A stretch of 63,831 nucleotides of DNA, the filler included, from Welwitschia mirabilis (lineage: Eukaryota), in the NCBI GenBank assembly GCA_051453625.1. It is 4 parts of one record of this genome, joined end to end, with 100 filler letters (N's around TTAATTAATTAA, not from the genome) between each part and the next. Parts side by side here need not be neighbours in the genome. Positions count along the whole stretch, not along the records: positions 1 to 29,656 come from JBOZIK010000001.1; 3 more parts are not named here. One strand, 5' to 3'. Each line of letters begins with the position of its first letter. Positions within the stretch are counted from its first letter, which is position 1. Shown piece after piece: positions 12,651 through 24,838 of this stretch. Below the pieces are notes generated by a model. It saw only the letters and a program-made list of their open reading frames with translations, had not been told where the DNA came from and searched no databases. The translations under genes were made by a program, and so were the position numbers.

Positions 12651-15399
12651 TTACCTAAGGTTTGTTATTATGTTAGGGATATGATTAAGATAATTAATGT
12701 ATATGATCTTATCACTCAAGAGAAGACTCTATCATTCTCTAAATAATTTCATAACCAGATTCTTTAGTTAAGTCATCTTACTACTTGATCATCTGTTGGC
12801 TTGGTTTTGTGATGGATTTTATTAGAGTTTACATGAAATTGATCCTTTACTTTAACTTATTTCTAATGATAAACATTTAATTTTAGCAAATCTAAGACAT
12901 TTCGAGACTTCAATATCTATGTTTATTTTATTCAAGTATTAATTATGTCAAATTTGTTGCTTGTTTTTAACTTGTACTCTAGAAAATTATCATTTCAGTG
13001 ATCAACCAATATTTCAAAATGAAAAATTAAGGTACTTGATAAAATAAAAGGTTTAAATTAAGAGAAAAACTTATGTATCAAGATAACTCTTATAAATTTC
13101 ATGATGTACTATCATAAGCATACTAGGGCAAATTTTCTTAAGAGGGACCTTTGCTATTACAATACGGTAGCCACAACAACTCTACTCGAGAGTTAGTTAG
13201 CCATGATCTAGCTTTTTCNNNNNNNNNNNNNNNNNNNNNNNNNNNNNNNNNNNNNNNNNNNNNNNNNNNNNNNNNNNNNNNNNNNNNNNNNNNNNNNNNN
13301 NNNNNNNNNNNNNNNNNNCAACTCTACGAGAGAGTTAGTTAGCCATGATCTAGCTTTTTCTTTATGGGTCATTACTCTCTCAGTAGTGGTTTCACTTCCC
13401 TCATCACAATGAACAATATTGTTCAACACCCTAGTGACTTGATTTTCCATAACTCTAAAGACATGGCTCTATGAAAATGTCAAAACATATTAATCATTAG
13501 ATGATGAATTCATAAGGTTTTAATGCTATTATAGTTGATTATTGGATTACTTATAGTTCTAATAGTACATTAATACTTTGTAAAATAAACATTATATGAT
13601 GTTCTAATCATTACTTTCATCACATGATGCTCTATGTTGTTTAGCACTAAACTATGCATCTTTAATGTCAACTAGTTTTATGATGTATACAAATGGATCT
13701 TAATTAGTTAGCATTTAGCAAAAAGTTGTTAATCTTCTTCATATTCCTTTATGTCCATTTTTTATTTTAACATTTCCATAGTTTTTGTTTTAGTAATCTC
13801 AAAGTTATTTCTTCATTTACTCTTATCTTTCACAGGAATGATGTCATTTGCTAGTTTTCTTGTCATCTTTAGTAGTCATATCATTCCTTCATTAACCAAT
13901 GTTTGACCATGATCATTATTCTTAGCATTGGCTATCTACTTCACAATTTTATGCATCACTAATGATAAATGCTTCCATGAAAATTTTCCTTCATAGCTTA
14001 CATTCTTGGCTAATTTTCTAGAGCATTAAGCCTTAATGGCTACTCACCACTATGTTCTTCATCTTGAATGCATTCTTTATTCTTTCATACCCTTGACTTG
14101 ATCTTTATCTCACTTTGATTATTCCTTATTAATCATTAAGTTATAAGTTAATCCTTTTAATCCTGTTTTGAGTAATATTTATCATTATTTCTTAGGTTTT
14201 AAAGCATTTTAGGGGATCCTTAAGACCTCATACCTAATTTTTTATGTTTTCTAACCTTTACCTTTCCATTTAGATGATTTTAGTAAGGTTATCCATCCTA
14301 TCTTTCACATGAAAGACTAGGCAATAAGCCTTAATGCATAATATCTATCCTCTTTCCTCTAGATTTGAGTCCTTGATGTCTCTTCTAGTCTTAGTGAGTT
14401 ATATTTTAACATTTTTTGGTCCTTATTTTTTATTTATTAACTCAGAAGAAATTCATCTAGTTGATTTTCTAGATGAAGTAGGTGGATAACTATTTTACTA
14501 ACATTATCATCAAATTAAATTAGAAGAAATTATGGGCCAACCATTTTTTTTTTCTTTATTTAATGGTAGTCATTCTAGGGCCTTCATCCAAATAAATCCT
14601 TAGATGAATATAATAGAATTATTACTAGGCCCTTTTTCTTTTCACTCTTCTAGCCATTTTTTATCATTTTGACTACTCATGAGTTCCTAAACCTAGTAAC
14701 AAGTTTCAACTTTGTTCTACTACCTTTTAACACTAGATATACATTAGTTTTATACTCTATAATTAAAATTGTTTTTAATATTCTATAGAAATTAGGTTAT
14801 TTTTTATTTTTAGCTTTATTTTTACTTATTTCTTATATTTTAGAGCCTTTTAAGATGTAGTTTTTGCACAGTACTATTAATTTTTCATTACCACTGTTTT
14901 GGTTCAAATAGTTCATGAGTTCACTGCATATTTTATGATGTATTAGTAATCTTACCTTGAATTCCTTAGAAACTAGGGTTTTTAGGATAAATTTAGATTT
15001 CTTTCTTATTTCCACTAGAAAAAAAATCATGAACTAATGATTAAAAGAATTAGATTCATGTTCGCTACCTTTCTACCATCTTAGAATTTGCATTTCTAGC
15101 CTTAATTTTTCATAGTGAATATATTTTTATGCCATTTTTTAATATATAACTACCTTTTCCCTCTTTTTCTTCCTATTTTTCATGAAATTCAAGATAAATT
15201 TACACACTTAATGGGGGATATGAGTGTATTTCAAGATTTTTGGCAAACTTCTAAAACTTTAGAGGATACATTTTTTAGTTTCATGTCTTATTTTGACACA
15301 GTCATATGAGATGGTTTTATGGCATATATTTTTAGTGGTATATGCATCACATGTACTTTTTAGTAGGCCACGAACACATGCTTAGATTATACTGATTAC

Positions 15400-17300
15400 T
15401 GAGGCTTAAACCTCTTTCCAGGAGGAGTCTCAACGATCCACTTGTCCTAAAGATGAGAAGAAGAAAGAACTTAGTTTCACAAAGTCGAAGTAGAGTCTCT
15501 AGACAGGAACTTTAAGGATTTCATGTAGAGGCTAGACCCAAAGTTAATTAGCACGTCACCTAGCTTNNNNNNNNNNNNNNNNNNNNNNNNNNNNNNNNNN
15601 NNNNNNNNNNNNNNNNNNNNNNNNNNNNNNNNNNNNNNNNNNNNNNNNNNNNNNNNNNNNNNNNNNAGCTTTAGATGAGATGCCTTTTACACATCCATGA
15701 GTCATATTACACTTGAGAGATCTATGAGTTCTATGACACTATGCATATTGATGTCTAGCATAAAGATCATGGAGATCCTATTAACAACATTAGAACTACG
15801 GTTGATGGATAAGATCTGTGTATCTTGCCTAAACACATCAGTCAAGTTATTAGATTAGGTGGTGTAGGAACCATCCACATTCACATATCTAGAGGCGAGG
15901 GTGATCGATAGGCTTATTTTTCCCTTCTTGACATTCCAAAGAATTCTAAAAGAAACCCATGTGGAGGTCTTGTTACATATTTACCCTTAGCATATAAGAG
16001 TAGTCCATAGGACTTTCATCCATAACATTAGTCCATTACTCCACGATAGTCACTGCATGATCTCACACCTCCAAATCTTATCTATATTTTAATAGATAGA
16101 CTAGACGAACCTATCATCATTTATTTGGAGGAGACTGTAGGTCATGATAAATACTAGATCTCCATGGATGTTGAGATTTTCATGTTTACTTTTAGCTATT
16201 TTCTATAGGCATGGCATGCCAAAGCCACAAGGTGTACAAGCTTAATATCATTTATAGAACATAGTCAAATGCCTTGCAGACATGGACATCTAGATCCTTG
16301 AAGAGTTGCAGTAGCCACAAATCCATAAGTTTCCCCTATTGCAGGTGTTACTGGAGGAGTCATCCTCAACTAGATACATGATCTACTTATAGGTATGGAG
16401 TAGAAAATAGGAAAGNNNNNNNNNNNNNNNNNNNNNNNNNNNNNNNNNNNNNNNNNNNNNNNNNNNNNNNNNNNNNNNNNNNNNNNNNNNNNNNNNNNNN
16501 NNNNNNNNNNNNNNNAGAACTACAATTGATGGGTAAGATATGTGTATCTTGCCTAAACACATCAGTCAAGTTACTAGGTTGGGTGGTGTAGGAGCCATTC
16601 ACATTCACATATCTAGAGGCGAGGGTGATCGATGGGCTTATTTTTCCCTTCTCGACATTCCAAAGGATTCTATAAGAAACCCATGTGAAGGTCTTGTTAC
16701 ATATTTACCCCTAGCATATAAGAGTAGTCGATAGGGCTTTCATCCATAACATTAGTCCATTACTTCACGATAGTCACTGCATGATCTCACACCTTCAAAT
16801 CTTGGAGGAGACTGTAGGCCATGATAAATACTAGATCTTCATGAACTTTGAGATTTTCATGTTTGCTTTTAGCTATTTTCTATAGGTAGGGCATACCAAA
16901 GCCATAAGGTGTACAAGCTTAACATCATTTGTAGAACACAGTCAAATGCCCTGCAGGACATCTAGATCCTCAAAAATTCGCAATAGCCATAAATCCATAA
17001 GTTTCCCCTATTGCAGGTGTTGCTGGGGGAGTCATCCTTGACTAGATACATGATCTACTTAAAGGTATGGAGTAGAAATTAGGGAAGTAATTTGACCAAA
17101 GGACGGATAGCCTTAAGAGAAAGTGTGTGATAACTATTAAGTATAGGATAGTATAGATTGAGCAAAGCATCACTATAGATCTTCCTAAGGAGATTATAAC
17201 TCAACATAATGAGACCAACAAGATCATTTGTGAGCATTTGAGTTTCTTATTTTGATGAATGATCAGCAAGCACCATCACCACCATCCCCTCTACAAGATG
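15400..17300 (+). pseudogene. Degenerate extra (env-like/ORF1-like) ORF of a Gypsy element
   Basis: A GC-richer, coding-like tract downstream of the integrase containing NPCGGLVTYLPLAY, similar to the GGLIT motif of Athila accessory ORFs. Partly duplicated across the gap at 16416-16515. Confidence 0.4.
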
Positions 17301-17310
17301 TGAAAGTACC

Positions 17311-17656
17311 CTTGAGGATTTCTCCTCATCAAGGATGATTGTTGTAGTGGCATTCCGCCATCATTGTAAAAAGATATCTAATTTTTGTACTCAAAAATAA
17401 CTTTTTATGATTTAAACACATTCACACACACACACACACATGAACACACACGTGCACACACACACACATAGACGCACACATGTTTTGAGTTATAATTTAC
17501 TACTTGAGGATCTCTCCTCATCAAGGATGATTGTTCTGGAATTCTGCCATTATTGTAAAAACATATCTAATTTTTGTACTTAAATATAACTTTTCATGAT
17601 TTACACACTCCCCTCGCGCACACACCCACACACACACATGTTTTGAGTTATAATTT
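17311..17656. repeat. Tandem duplication (~190 and ~150 bp units), each carrying a CA microsatellite
   Basis: CTTGAGGAT.TCTCCTCATCAAGGATGATTGTT...CACACATGTTTTGAGTTATAATTT occurs twice with no gap between the copies. Confidence 0.85.
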
Positions 17657-17739
17657 TCATGTCATTTTTCTTAAGATGATTTTTATCTACTTAGAATTGC
17701 ATTTTCTCATTCTCATCCATAGCAAATGTGTAGTAGGAG

Positions 17740-20165
17740 GTCTAATGTAGGGAAATCACCTTATTTGATTATTTTCATGGAGCACTTATTGCAGGATGAT
17801 TATACAGAGTTTTTAAATTCATAATTATGGTCAATGTAAGCTTTAAAGAAGTTAAGAAGATGAATCTTTTCCAGAAACTAATTGAATATATCATAGTTAA
17901 CCCCATCATTCAGATGAACCCAAGTGGACAAAGGTCTTACATTAACTATATGGACAAATGGACCTTCGCTAAATTGTCACCTTTAACCTACACAGTAAAT
18001 TACTAAAATTAATTTTGATAATCAATTACATCATTTATCTTATTAGTTTGGCTTACTACTTGTTATTCACATGCTTTATCAAAGATTGACAAATGTTCAT
18101 TGAGGGCTCTATTGTAAAGCCAATTTAGCCACATTTAAAATGGTTTTAGAGTATGTTTTTAAGCCTATTTGATAGGTTGATGCTGCAATTAGAACAACTA
18201 TGCTCAGTTATCAGGATAATTACAACAAACATAGTTTTACATCATTATTAANNNNNNNNNNNNNNNNNNNNNNNNNNNNNNNNNNNNNNNNNNNNNNNNN
18301 NNNNNNNNNNNNNNNNNNNNNNNNNNNNNNNNNNNNNNNNNNNNNNNNNNNTTTCTCATTCTCATCCATGGCAAATCTATAGTAGGAGGTCTAATGTAGG
18401 GAAATGTAACCTTTAAAGAAGTTAATAAGATGAAGCTTTTCCAGAAACTAATTGAATACATCATGGTTAACCCCATCATTCCGGTGAACCCAAGTGGACA
18501 AAGGTCTTACATTAACTATATGGACAAATGAACCTTCACTAACTTGTCACCTTTAAACTACATGGTAAATTAATTTTTATAAGCAATTAGATCATTTATC
18601 TTATTAGTTTGGCTTACTACTTTTTATTCACATGCTTTGTCAAAGATTGACAAATGTTCATTGGGGGTTCTATTGTAAAGCCAAATTAGCCACATTTAAA
18701 ATGGTTTTAGAGTATGTTTTCAAGCCTATTTAAAAGGTTAATAAGGGAATTAGAACAACTATACTCAGTTATTAGGATGATTACAACAAACATAGTTTTA
18801 CATCATTATTGATATCTTTTGGATGATTTTAAGTACTGATTGCTCTATGATCCCTTTTAATAAAACTAAAACAACAAGCAATCTAACCACACAAAGTGAA
18901 ATACATAGGAAACACTTTAGCTGATAACATTGTGATATCACATGGGAGGTGACTTAACCAATGAAGATGCCTTGAGGATGATTTTAATGGCTTGAAACCG
19001 AAGGAGTCAATGTTGAATCAAGAGATGAGGATTAAAGGTGACTTTGATAAGAAAAGATCTTCATTTACTAAGTTGTTCNNNNNNNNNNNNNNNNNNNNNN
19101 NNNNNNNNNNNNNNNNNNNNNNNNNNNNNNNNNNNNNNNNNNNNNNNNNNNNNNNNNNNNNNNNNNNNNNNNNNNNNNCATTCACAAGGTTGTTCAAAAA
19201 AAGTTAGTAAGATGACTATCAGCAGAAGCCAATAGAAACAACATTGTTTTCTGATAAATGTCCACTTAGGTCATCTAAACAAAACTGGGAGGATGCGTAT
19301 CAGTAGTTACACCAAAAAGACATGTGAAGTATAGTTACTAAAAGTTGAAGATCGTCCACTATCATTGTCCAGCCAAAGCCTAGAAGGACAACCACTCTAA
19401 TTGATGTAAAAACTAATTCAATTGTTATTAAATTCTTAATGTAATTATATATTTTTAGTTTACATCCTTTGGTATTTCAAGCTATCAATTTAAACCTATA
19501 AGTACTCCCCTTAGTATCCATTTTAGCCATCGTTTAAGCGTCAAGTAATCTTATCATAATCGAAGTTCATTTGTATAAGGGATCCATCTTAAATTGTGAG
19601 TGAAGCTTTCTTTGGTATTAGATTGAGTCTCCTTCATTAAAGGGTTACTACTTGTAAGTGGATGCTATTTCAATTTGATCAATAAATTCAATTTGTATAG
19701 TCTTAATTATTCATCTTCTCTACCTTATATTTTATGTTAAAATCAAATTGATGTTTAATTAGATTAATCTTCTTTTTGATATAGAATACAAGGGCTAACC
19801 TGGGTGACAACATGTTCTCCAAGTTGATTAATTGATTGCATTAGGAATTGCATTTCATTTCCATGTTATTGAATTACAATTCATTGCATTTTATTTCACT
19901 GCATTTTACATTTATTGCATTCCATTCATCATTGTATTGTTACTTCATTTTTATGCTTAATTTCAAAAGAACCAAAATCATTTTCTTATTTGATTAAGTT
20001 AATTTTCTAAACAATCATTGAATTCCTTAGTTTATAACATTGGATTTGACTCGCTATGCTAGTATGTGTTTATGTGAATTAGATATCAAAATGTTATAGG
20101 TTATTGATAAAAGGATTTGGAGAATAGGCTATATGCTAAATTACACACATCTCACATCTCAACCA
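17740..20165 (+). repeat. Probable Gypsy 3' LTR
   Basis: Follows the accessory ORF and a purine-rich tract. Has a TATA-like CCTATAAGTA at ~19495 and a T-rich U5-like tract, and ends ...CATCTCAACCA. Boundaries are uncertain. Confidence 0.35.
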
Positions 20166-20759
20166 GTATATACCACAAATTAAACTGAAAGGATATTATT
20201 GTAAGAGTAACTATTCACATAACTTTAAACTTCTTGATGTTGAAGTAGCTCTTATTTATATAAGTACTTTGATATGGAATAAATCCTTGTAAAGTATATA
20301 TGATAGAATAACTAAATGAACAAATAAAAACTTAGCTCATCTAGCTAACCAATTATTAGTAATTGGAAATCTTCACCTTTCTTCCCATTACTTAAATTGC
20401 TGCTCTTTTTCACTAGAACTCTTAATGTCAATAAGCAAGCAATCAAGTTTTGTGAATAATTAAAAATATAAACTTTGTGGAAAAATACAATGACCACAGT
20501 TTTTTATTTCTATTTTGTTCCATGTTGAAGGTGCCCTTTAATCTTTATTTAGATTGTGTTATCTAAACCTAGCTTATTGAAAATTTATTTTTCAAGTTTT
20601 AATATACATTAAAACACTAAATAACATAAATCTAGATTTTAAATTTTTTAATAAAAATTACACACTAAGATATTACCTCCTCTCTATGAAAAGAAATTAG
20701 CTTGAAATCTCATCCATGTAAAGTAATGTTATATGCAAATTTAAGAAATGTATAAATAA

Positions 20760-20900
20760 GCTAGTAGTCTAACTTAGTAATAACCTCATTCTTCACATAC
20801 GAAATCATGGGTTTGAAGCTTTGGAGGTTTTTCTTGGTACCAAAACTTCTATGAGGCCTTAAACATAACTAAATCATTTGTATGGGGTGCTTTTGATGAT
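20760..20900 (+). mobile_element. Possible ancient tRNA-derived SINE remnant
   Basis: A-box-like TAGTCTAACTTAGTAA (~20765) and B-box-like GGGTTTGAAGC (~20809) at tRNA-like spacing. Confidence 0.3.
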
Positions 20901-22189
20901 TGTACTTCTAAAGGGAGGTATAAGCACTAAAAGTTTTAAGGAAATGTAACCATTCCCAAAATAGGAAGTTTGTCAACATGTTACTAGTTGAGATGTTTTG
21001 TAAACAATTAAAAAATGCTCACTAAAGGACCCAAGTTACAACATGAATTTTGTAAACGAAAAATAATAGTAATGAGGATTCCTCTTTATTATTTTATTTC
21101 ATATAATTTAACCCTCAAAATTTATAAACATTACTTTTTTTAGACAAAAAATTACCACTTTCTATTAATAAGGGACTAAAATATTACACTTCATAGTACA
21201 TCACATTATATAGGATTTTGTGAAATAACATGGCAACTTTTATCAAGAGGAGATCACCCTTGAGATAAAAGAGGGAAGAAAATTCCCATTATAAGAAAAT
21301 AAAAACTTATGTAGCCAACAAAAAACCAGTCCTTATGAAACCCATAAAAATAAAGACAAACTAGAGAAAATCAACCAAAATCTAGATTTAACAAATAACT
21401 TAGTATCAAAATGGTTTATATGGTAAAATATATCAATTTCCTTTCAGAGTTATCCATAGAACTATAACAACATTATTTAACTTTTTGAAGTTTTTGGCTC
21501 TTTTTGCATTCTTATCTCTATGAAACCATATTACTTTCTCTATCAAGATCGTATTGGGGGATGCCAAACTCAAAACTTTTATTGAGCATACCTCTTCCAA
21601 AAGTACAATCATCATAGTTATCCAAATAAATGGTTGAATTATGCCTAAGTCCTCATAGTATGCTAAATAGGAAACCCAAAGTTTTGCACCTATGACCTTT
21701 TGAATGGAGCACAAGCGTTGCACGCATTAGACTACCCTACTGGCTTTGTGAAGCTTTTATTGACTTCTTAAATAATGGTAGATTGTTAATACCTACAGAT
21801 TTATATGGGCATTATATAAGTCTTTTAAAAGTATCTAAAAGCATTCTTTGCTTATTGTTGTAGTTATTTATTCTTTTTTTATTTTGTTGAAAGACTTTTT
21901 GGATAATCGAACTCTCAATGACAAAGTCACAAGAGCATTGCTTTACTATTATGATGTCTCTTTAGAGAGCCTTTTCTTTATTTATAAACATGCAAAAGTT
22001 AATAAGTTTAATAGCCTTTTTTCTTTTAAATTATAATACACGTTAAGGGGACATCAAACTTGAACCTTTCAATAACGTCAAGCAAAACATCTAAAAGTTC
22101 CAACCCAAGACCTAAAAAAAAAAAAAAAAATCCACTATAACTTACTCTCATTAGACACAACCCAACATAAGAATCTCATCCATTTGAAA

Positions 22190-23200
22190 CCACCTACAAT
22201 CGCATCGCATTTGACACTCCACAGAATTCAACTTTGAAGAAAAGCAACCCATTCCCAAAGCAGCAAGTTAGTGCAGGAGCAAGCAATGGATTCAGCATCT
22301 GAAAACAATTAAAAAAAAGCCCAACAAAAAGCCCGACGGAGGACACGAGTCACGATACAAGGTTTTGCAGGGAGAAACTTTAAGGCATGGAAATGCCATG
22401 TCATTAGAAAAAGAAAGAAAGTTCGTAGTCACTCATCTCATCTGCATATTCATCATGCATCATCCATATATCACCGATGCAATGCAGAACGCAGAGGATC
22501 CTCACACAAATTCTTAAAGCGAAGCAATGCAGATTATGATGATAATGATCAGACATTGTATGTCTGAAATGCCGATATATCATCCGGCTCTTACACGTAA
22601 CCAATAGCTCCTTTTCTTCTCTCTCACCTCCTCTCACCTGCTCCGAATTCCAACATCCCAAAGCATTCATCAGTCTATCTTATTCACGATCACAATCACA
22701 GTACATTCCCTCATTATGCGCTTCCCCTCTTCTTCTCTTTTTCGCCTCTTATCCACTTCAAAGTCTCCTCGATTTTCTCGACTGCCTCCCTCTGCAATTT
22801 TTGTCCATGGCTCCATTCTGAAAGTCGGGAAATGGGGGCAGCTCCTTATCTGGTAGTGCTTTTCGCCATTTTTTATCTCGCCACCTCTTCTTCGCCGTAT
22901 TTGATTTCGTCTGTAATTTCGGATTCGGAGGCTCCATCGCCGGAGTTACCTGTGTCGCCTTCTCCGCCGACCCCTTTCATTCCGGTGGCGACTCTCGCCA
23001 ACATATCGGTTTCCAATGGTGGAAAATTTATTCCCGATTTCGAGCCAAATCACTTCAGTTACCGTCTTTTGTTTGGATCCGATGTTCGGTATTTTACTAT
23101 CACCGTTCACTTCCCGGCATCTGAACAGGTATTACAGCTCTTTCTGCAATCATTTATATAGAGGGGTTTCGATTAGCAGGTTCAAGTCACTGTAGCAGTA
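22190..23200 (+). promoter_or_regulatory. CpG-retaining promoter/5' UTR/first-exon island
   Basis: Abrupt rise in CG dinucleotides and a CT-rich leader (22610-22800), in contrast to the CG-depleted TE surroundings. Confidence 0.7.
22832..23128 (+). CDS. Exon 1 of a secreted protein: signal peptide, Pro-rich linker and N-terminal half of a cadherin-like beta-sandwich domain
   Basis: ATG in an AAATGG context. MGAAPYLVVLFAIFYLATSSS is a hydrophobic signal-like segment, followed by EAPSPELPVSPSPPTP and ATLANISVSNGGKFIPDFEPNHFSYRLLFGSDVRYFTITVHFPASEQ. The phase-0 donor is CAG|GTATTA at 23128/23129. Confidence 0.85.
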
Positions 23201-23653
23201 TTTCAGGGTCTTTCTGTAGCTTATATTTTTTTTCCTGCTTCTGATTCATATTTAATTTAGGAGGTGTACAATCAGTCATAAACTCAAAACTACTTATACG
23301 CGATTCTTTATACCAAATTGTTGAATCCCAGCTGTGTCTTATTTTGAGACATTAGAATCGAATTTCCTGTCTTGCCTTATGAACTTCAGTCATGCCGGAT
23401 ATTTCTTGATAAGAGAGGAATAAACAGTTTCTACTTTGTTAGTATTGTAAACAAATACGTTAATTCCCAGATAAAATAGACGCGCTTGTCTGGGGTAGGT
23501 CTTACTGATCGTTCCTAGAAAGACAATATAAGCATAAAGAATTCATGCTCTCACCCATAGCAAACTGAAAAATTTAAACAGAAATGAGGCTGGGAATTGG
23601 ACTAGTATTGTAGGTTGTCAACTATTTTTTACATATGAAATCGTCTCTCTCTC

Positions 23654-23772
23654 TTTTTTTTTTTTAAGTATAAAGGTCTACGTTTCTGTCAATTGTATTT
23701 TGTTGGAATGCGAACCTATCACATGACCTCTTGTAATGGCAGCCAATCTCTTTACCGATAAACTACTTACTG
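23654..23772 (-). mobile_element. tRNA-derived SINE in intron 1
   Basis: On the minus strand: A-box TAGTTTATCGG (23765-23755), B-box GGTTCGCATTCC (23716-23705), a short body and a 12-A tail (T run 23654-23665). Confidence 0.6.
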
Positions 23773-24675
23773 AAGTCTTTTTATTTGAATCATCAAATAA
23801 TTAAAACTTGGAAAACCATTTTTAATGGAAAATGCTAATTTAACTGTACAGATTCGTTTACTACGTAAATCAATTTTGCCTTGTGAAATTGGTTTACTAC
23901 CTTAGGGTCACGATCTGAGCTATCAGCAACAAGAAAGCTTTGTCAATGGCATGCTCGAGATGCTTCATATGCAATCAGTACAACAAAATGCAGCTAGTAA
24001 TCTACGATAAGAGATTACATACAGTGCCATGACAGAGGCTATTCTTCCATGAAAACTCATCACCAAATCTGAGATTACTTACTGGTGATTTCAAAATGAA
24101 CTTGTGGCTTACCATACGATATCTAGATTTCTCTCTTAAGGAGAAAAGTCCACTACCAAATCTAGAGATCAGTTGTGCCTGAACATAAAAACATTAAAAG
24201 ATCATATGATAAATGGACTGACTGCTTACATTTTAAACAATGATTGAGTTTTCCTGCCTCCATTTGACAGGTCTCTGAGTTCAAAAATTTGCAGAGCATA
24301 AGTTTGTGAATACAAAGATCAGAACATTAACTGAAATAATGTAGTGAAATGAACATTGAAGTAATAAAATTATGCTTCAAGAGCATTAAAATCCATGCTT
24401 TATTGCCTACTTAGATGTCACAGATAACTTGTTTTGCATTTTGCATAAGCAAGAAATTTCTGTTGAAATGAACATAATTTTATTTTTCCTTTTCATCAGA
24501 TGATCCTATTATTGTTGGTGTGTTTTGTGCTTTCCTTGCCTCAAGAGTTTTCTCATTAGGCTATGATCATTCTGCCCCTAGATGCATGGAGTAAGAATCT
24601 AGAGATGTTCATTCATTTTAAGCAGAATTGTTTTCCAATATAACTAATAATTTTTATGTTGTTATAACATCCCAG

Positions 24676-24838
24676 GCTGAAAACTACTATGAAGCATCCA
24701 TTGACTCTGTACCTTTGAAAAGTGGTATTCCAAGTTCCCTACTTAAACTTGGGAAAAGAGGAGAAATCACCCCCTTCAACATTTTTGTTATGGTTGTCAA
24801 TCACAAACCTTCTATTTATCAACTAATGGCAAGTAGAG
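24676..24838 (+). CDS. Exon 2: C-terminal half of the cadherin-like beta-sandwich domain
   Basis: Acceptor CCCAG|GCT is phase 0, matching exon 1. Encodes AENYYEASIDSVPLKSGIPSSLLKLGKRGEITPFNIFVMVVNHKPSIYQLMASR. The phase-1 donor is GAG|GTAACT. Confidence 0.8.

Noticed and set aside
21230-21850. Possible LINE 3' remnant (ORF 21433-21723, minus)
   Set aside because: Only a faint resemblance to the WxxRN motif region, too decayed to support a call.
22404-22670. 88-aa minus-strand ORF suggesting a divergent gene
   Set aside because: No recognisable motif or splice structure. It is most likely the antisense reading of the promoter and CT-rich leader.
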